64,000 nt of DNA from an uncultured delta proteobacterium (lineage in GTDB: Bacteria; Desulfobacterota; Desulfomonilia; UBA1062). The notes below the pieces were generated by a model, which saw only the letters and a list, made by a program, of their open reading frames with translations, searched no databases and was not told the DNA's origin. This document shows positions 62,346 through 64,000 of this stretch, one piece after another. The stretch is taken from the NCBI GenBank assembly GCA_963752595.1, contig CAVVYZ010000030.1, positions 1 to 64,000 of the forward strand, written 5' to 3'. A program made the translations under genes and the position numbers. Positions within the stretch are counted from its first letter, which is position 1. The number at the start of each line of letters is the position of its first letter.

Positions 62346-63460
62346 ATGGTGGGAGATTATCAGCAATCAATCGATCAGATTCAGGAAAAGCTCGATAATA
62401 TCCGGAGGTTATCTTTGAAATCCCTGAAAAGGAGAAGCGCCTCACCGAGCTAGAAGCCCTGCTCGCAGATCCGAATATCTGGAAAGACCCGGCAAAGACC
62501 CGGGAGATCCAGTCCGAGAGGGCACGCATCAACCGGATCCTGGCAATCTGGGAGAAGGTATCTCTCGCTCTGGGAGGACCTCCAGGTACTGATCGACCTT
62601 GCAAAAGAGGACGAGCAGGCGGTCGCTCCGGATATCAAAGACACCGTCGCACAGCTCCAGGAGCATATCAAGGCCATAGAAAGGGCCCACGTGCTTTCCG
62701 GGAACGACGACGACAAGAGCGCATTCCTGGAGATCCACGCCGGCGCGGGCGGGCTCGAGGCCCAGGACTGGGCCGAGATGCTGCTGCGCATGTACCTGCG
62801 GTGGGCGGAGAAGAACAGTTTCAAGGCGCAGGATCATCGATATCTCCTCCGATGAGGAGGCCGGGATCAAGAGCGCAACCGTGGAGGTCGAAGGCGAGTG
62901 GGCCTTCGGATACCTCAAGGGTGAGACCGGCGTCCACCGGCTGGTGCGCATATCGCCCTTTGATGCGAACAGCCGCAGGCACACCTCTTTCGCCTCGGTC
63001 ATGACGACCCCCGAGGTCGATCAGTCCATCGATATCAAGATCGATGACAAGGACTTGAGGATCGATACCTACCGTGCTTCCGGGCACGGCGGCCAGCATG
63101 TCAACAAGACAGATTCGGCCGTGCGGATCACCCACATCCCCACGGGCGTCGTGGTGCAGTGCCAGAACGAGCGCTCGCAGCACAAAAACAAGGCATTTGC
63201 CATGAAGGTCCTCGCCTCAAAGCTCTATGAGCTTGAAGAGCTCAAGCAGAAGGAGCGCATGAACGAGTTTCACAAGGGCAAGAAGGAGATTGCATGGGGT
63301 TCGCAGATACGGTCTTATGTCATCCAGCCCTACCAGCTTGTCGAAAGACCACAGGACGAACCTGGAGGTGGGCAATGTCGAGGCGGTGCTTGACGGCGAC
63401 ATCTCTGGATTCATCGATGCCTTTCTCGCCATGAGTGCGTCCGTTGGAGGGATACAGTGA
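62346..63460 (+). CDS. prfB: Peptide chain release factor 2 (programmed +1 frameshift plus extra indels)
   Basis: GGAGG...CTTTGA shift site at 62404-62418; [12 protein letters not shown] and GGQ motifs, WGSQIRSYV. Confidence 0.95.
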
Positions 63461-63957
63461 GAGACGCGATTAAAAGCCGCAGGAGCATCCGGAAATTCTT
63501 AAGGCAAAGCGTTCCGGATGAGACCGTCGATGTTGTCCTTGACGCTGCACGCTGGGCACCTTCAGGCCTGAACAACCAGCCATGGCGTTTTGCCGTTGTC
63601 CGTGACCCGTTTTTGAAAGAGAAGATGAGCCGTCTGACCAAATACGGCACCATCATCTCTTCTGCAGATGTCGTTATTGCCGTATTTTCCGACACCCTTT
63701 CAGGCTATGACCGGACAAAGGACCTCCAGGCAATCGGTGCCTGCATCCAGAACATGCTCCTTGCCATCCATGACTTAGGCCTTGGCGGAGTCTGGCTCGG
63801 CGAGATCCTTAAACACAGTTCCGAGGTCAAGTCCCTGCTCGGTGCGCCGGAACCGTATGAATTCATGGCACTGATAGCCTTCGGTTATCCGGATGGAAAG
63901 CCCCCCAGGGCACCCATGCGGAAAACGCTTTCCGATCTTGTATTCTTCAGGCATTAA
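63457..63957 (+). CDS. Nitroreductase family protein
   Basis: [38 protein letters not shown]. Confidence 0.93.
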   Translation: MRDAIKSRRSIRKFLRQSVPDETVDVVLDAARWAPSGLNNQPWRFAVVRDPFLKEKMSRLTKYGTIISSADVVIAVFSDTLSGYDRTKDLQAIGACIQNMLLAIHDLGLGGVWLGEILKHSSEVKSLLGAPEPYEFMALIAFGYPDGKPPRAPMRKTLSDLVFFRH

Positions 63958-64000
63958 GTTTGACACACCGGTACTTGACCGCCGATACCTATCCCATATA

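Noticed and set aside
1-64000. CRISPR array, transposase, prophage or defence genes
   Set aside because: No regularly spaced repeats or such ORFs were recognised by eye

Overview
64 kb of bacterial chromosome, most likely from a Desulfobacterota (former Deltaproteobacteria) genome. This is inferred from the CFI-box C-terminal motif, FYDLN protein, HDOD/PilZ/DUF1573 genes and corC-lnt-prfB synteny. Contents in order: a BtuF/BtuC-type ABC importer next to a secreted 7-repeat propeller protein; mltD, rpoH, hsp20; the rpmH-rnpA-yidD-yidC-jag-mnmE-rsmG cluster, with no adjacent dnaA and with mnmG 40 kb away; pgeF, coaE, proC, LOG; an 11 kb MSHA-like type IV pilus cluster; a TPR/phosphatase/J-domain cluster; a GGDEF/HDOD/hybrid-kinase signalling hub; xseAB, an aminotransferase, engB; cheW-mcp-PAS/LuxR; mnmG, PilZ, pilF; an inserted block with an SGNH hydrolase, a lipase-foldase-like protein and DUF1573; rlmN, tRNA-Arg(CCG), a MoxR-VWA pair, corC-lnt-prfB and a nitroreductase. 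Two stretches (about 17.7-25.2 kb and 57.8-63.4 kb) are dense in single-base frameshifts, including in lnt and prfB, which points to long-read consensus errors rather than pseudogenes. The strongest novelty candidates are the Lif-like chaperone beside an SGNH lipoprotein, a PilX-PilY1 fusion adhesin, a His-less DHp response regulator, a 164-nt rod-like inverted-repeat element upstream of mnmG, and a possible BtuG-analogous propeller. All calls come from motif recognition by eye; no searches were run.
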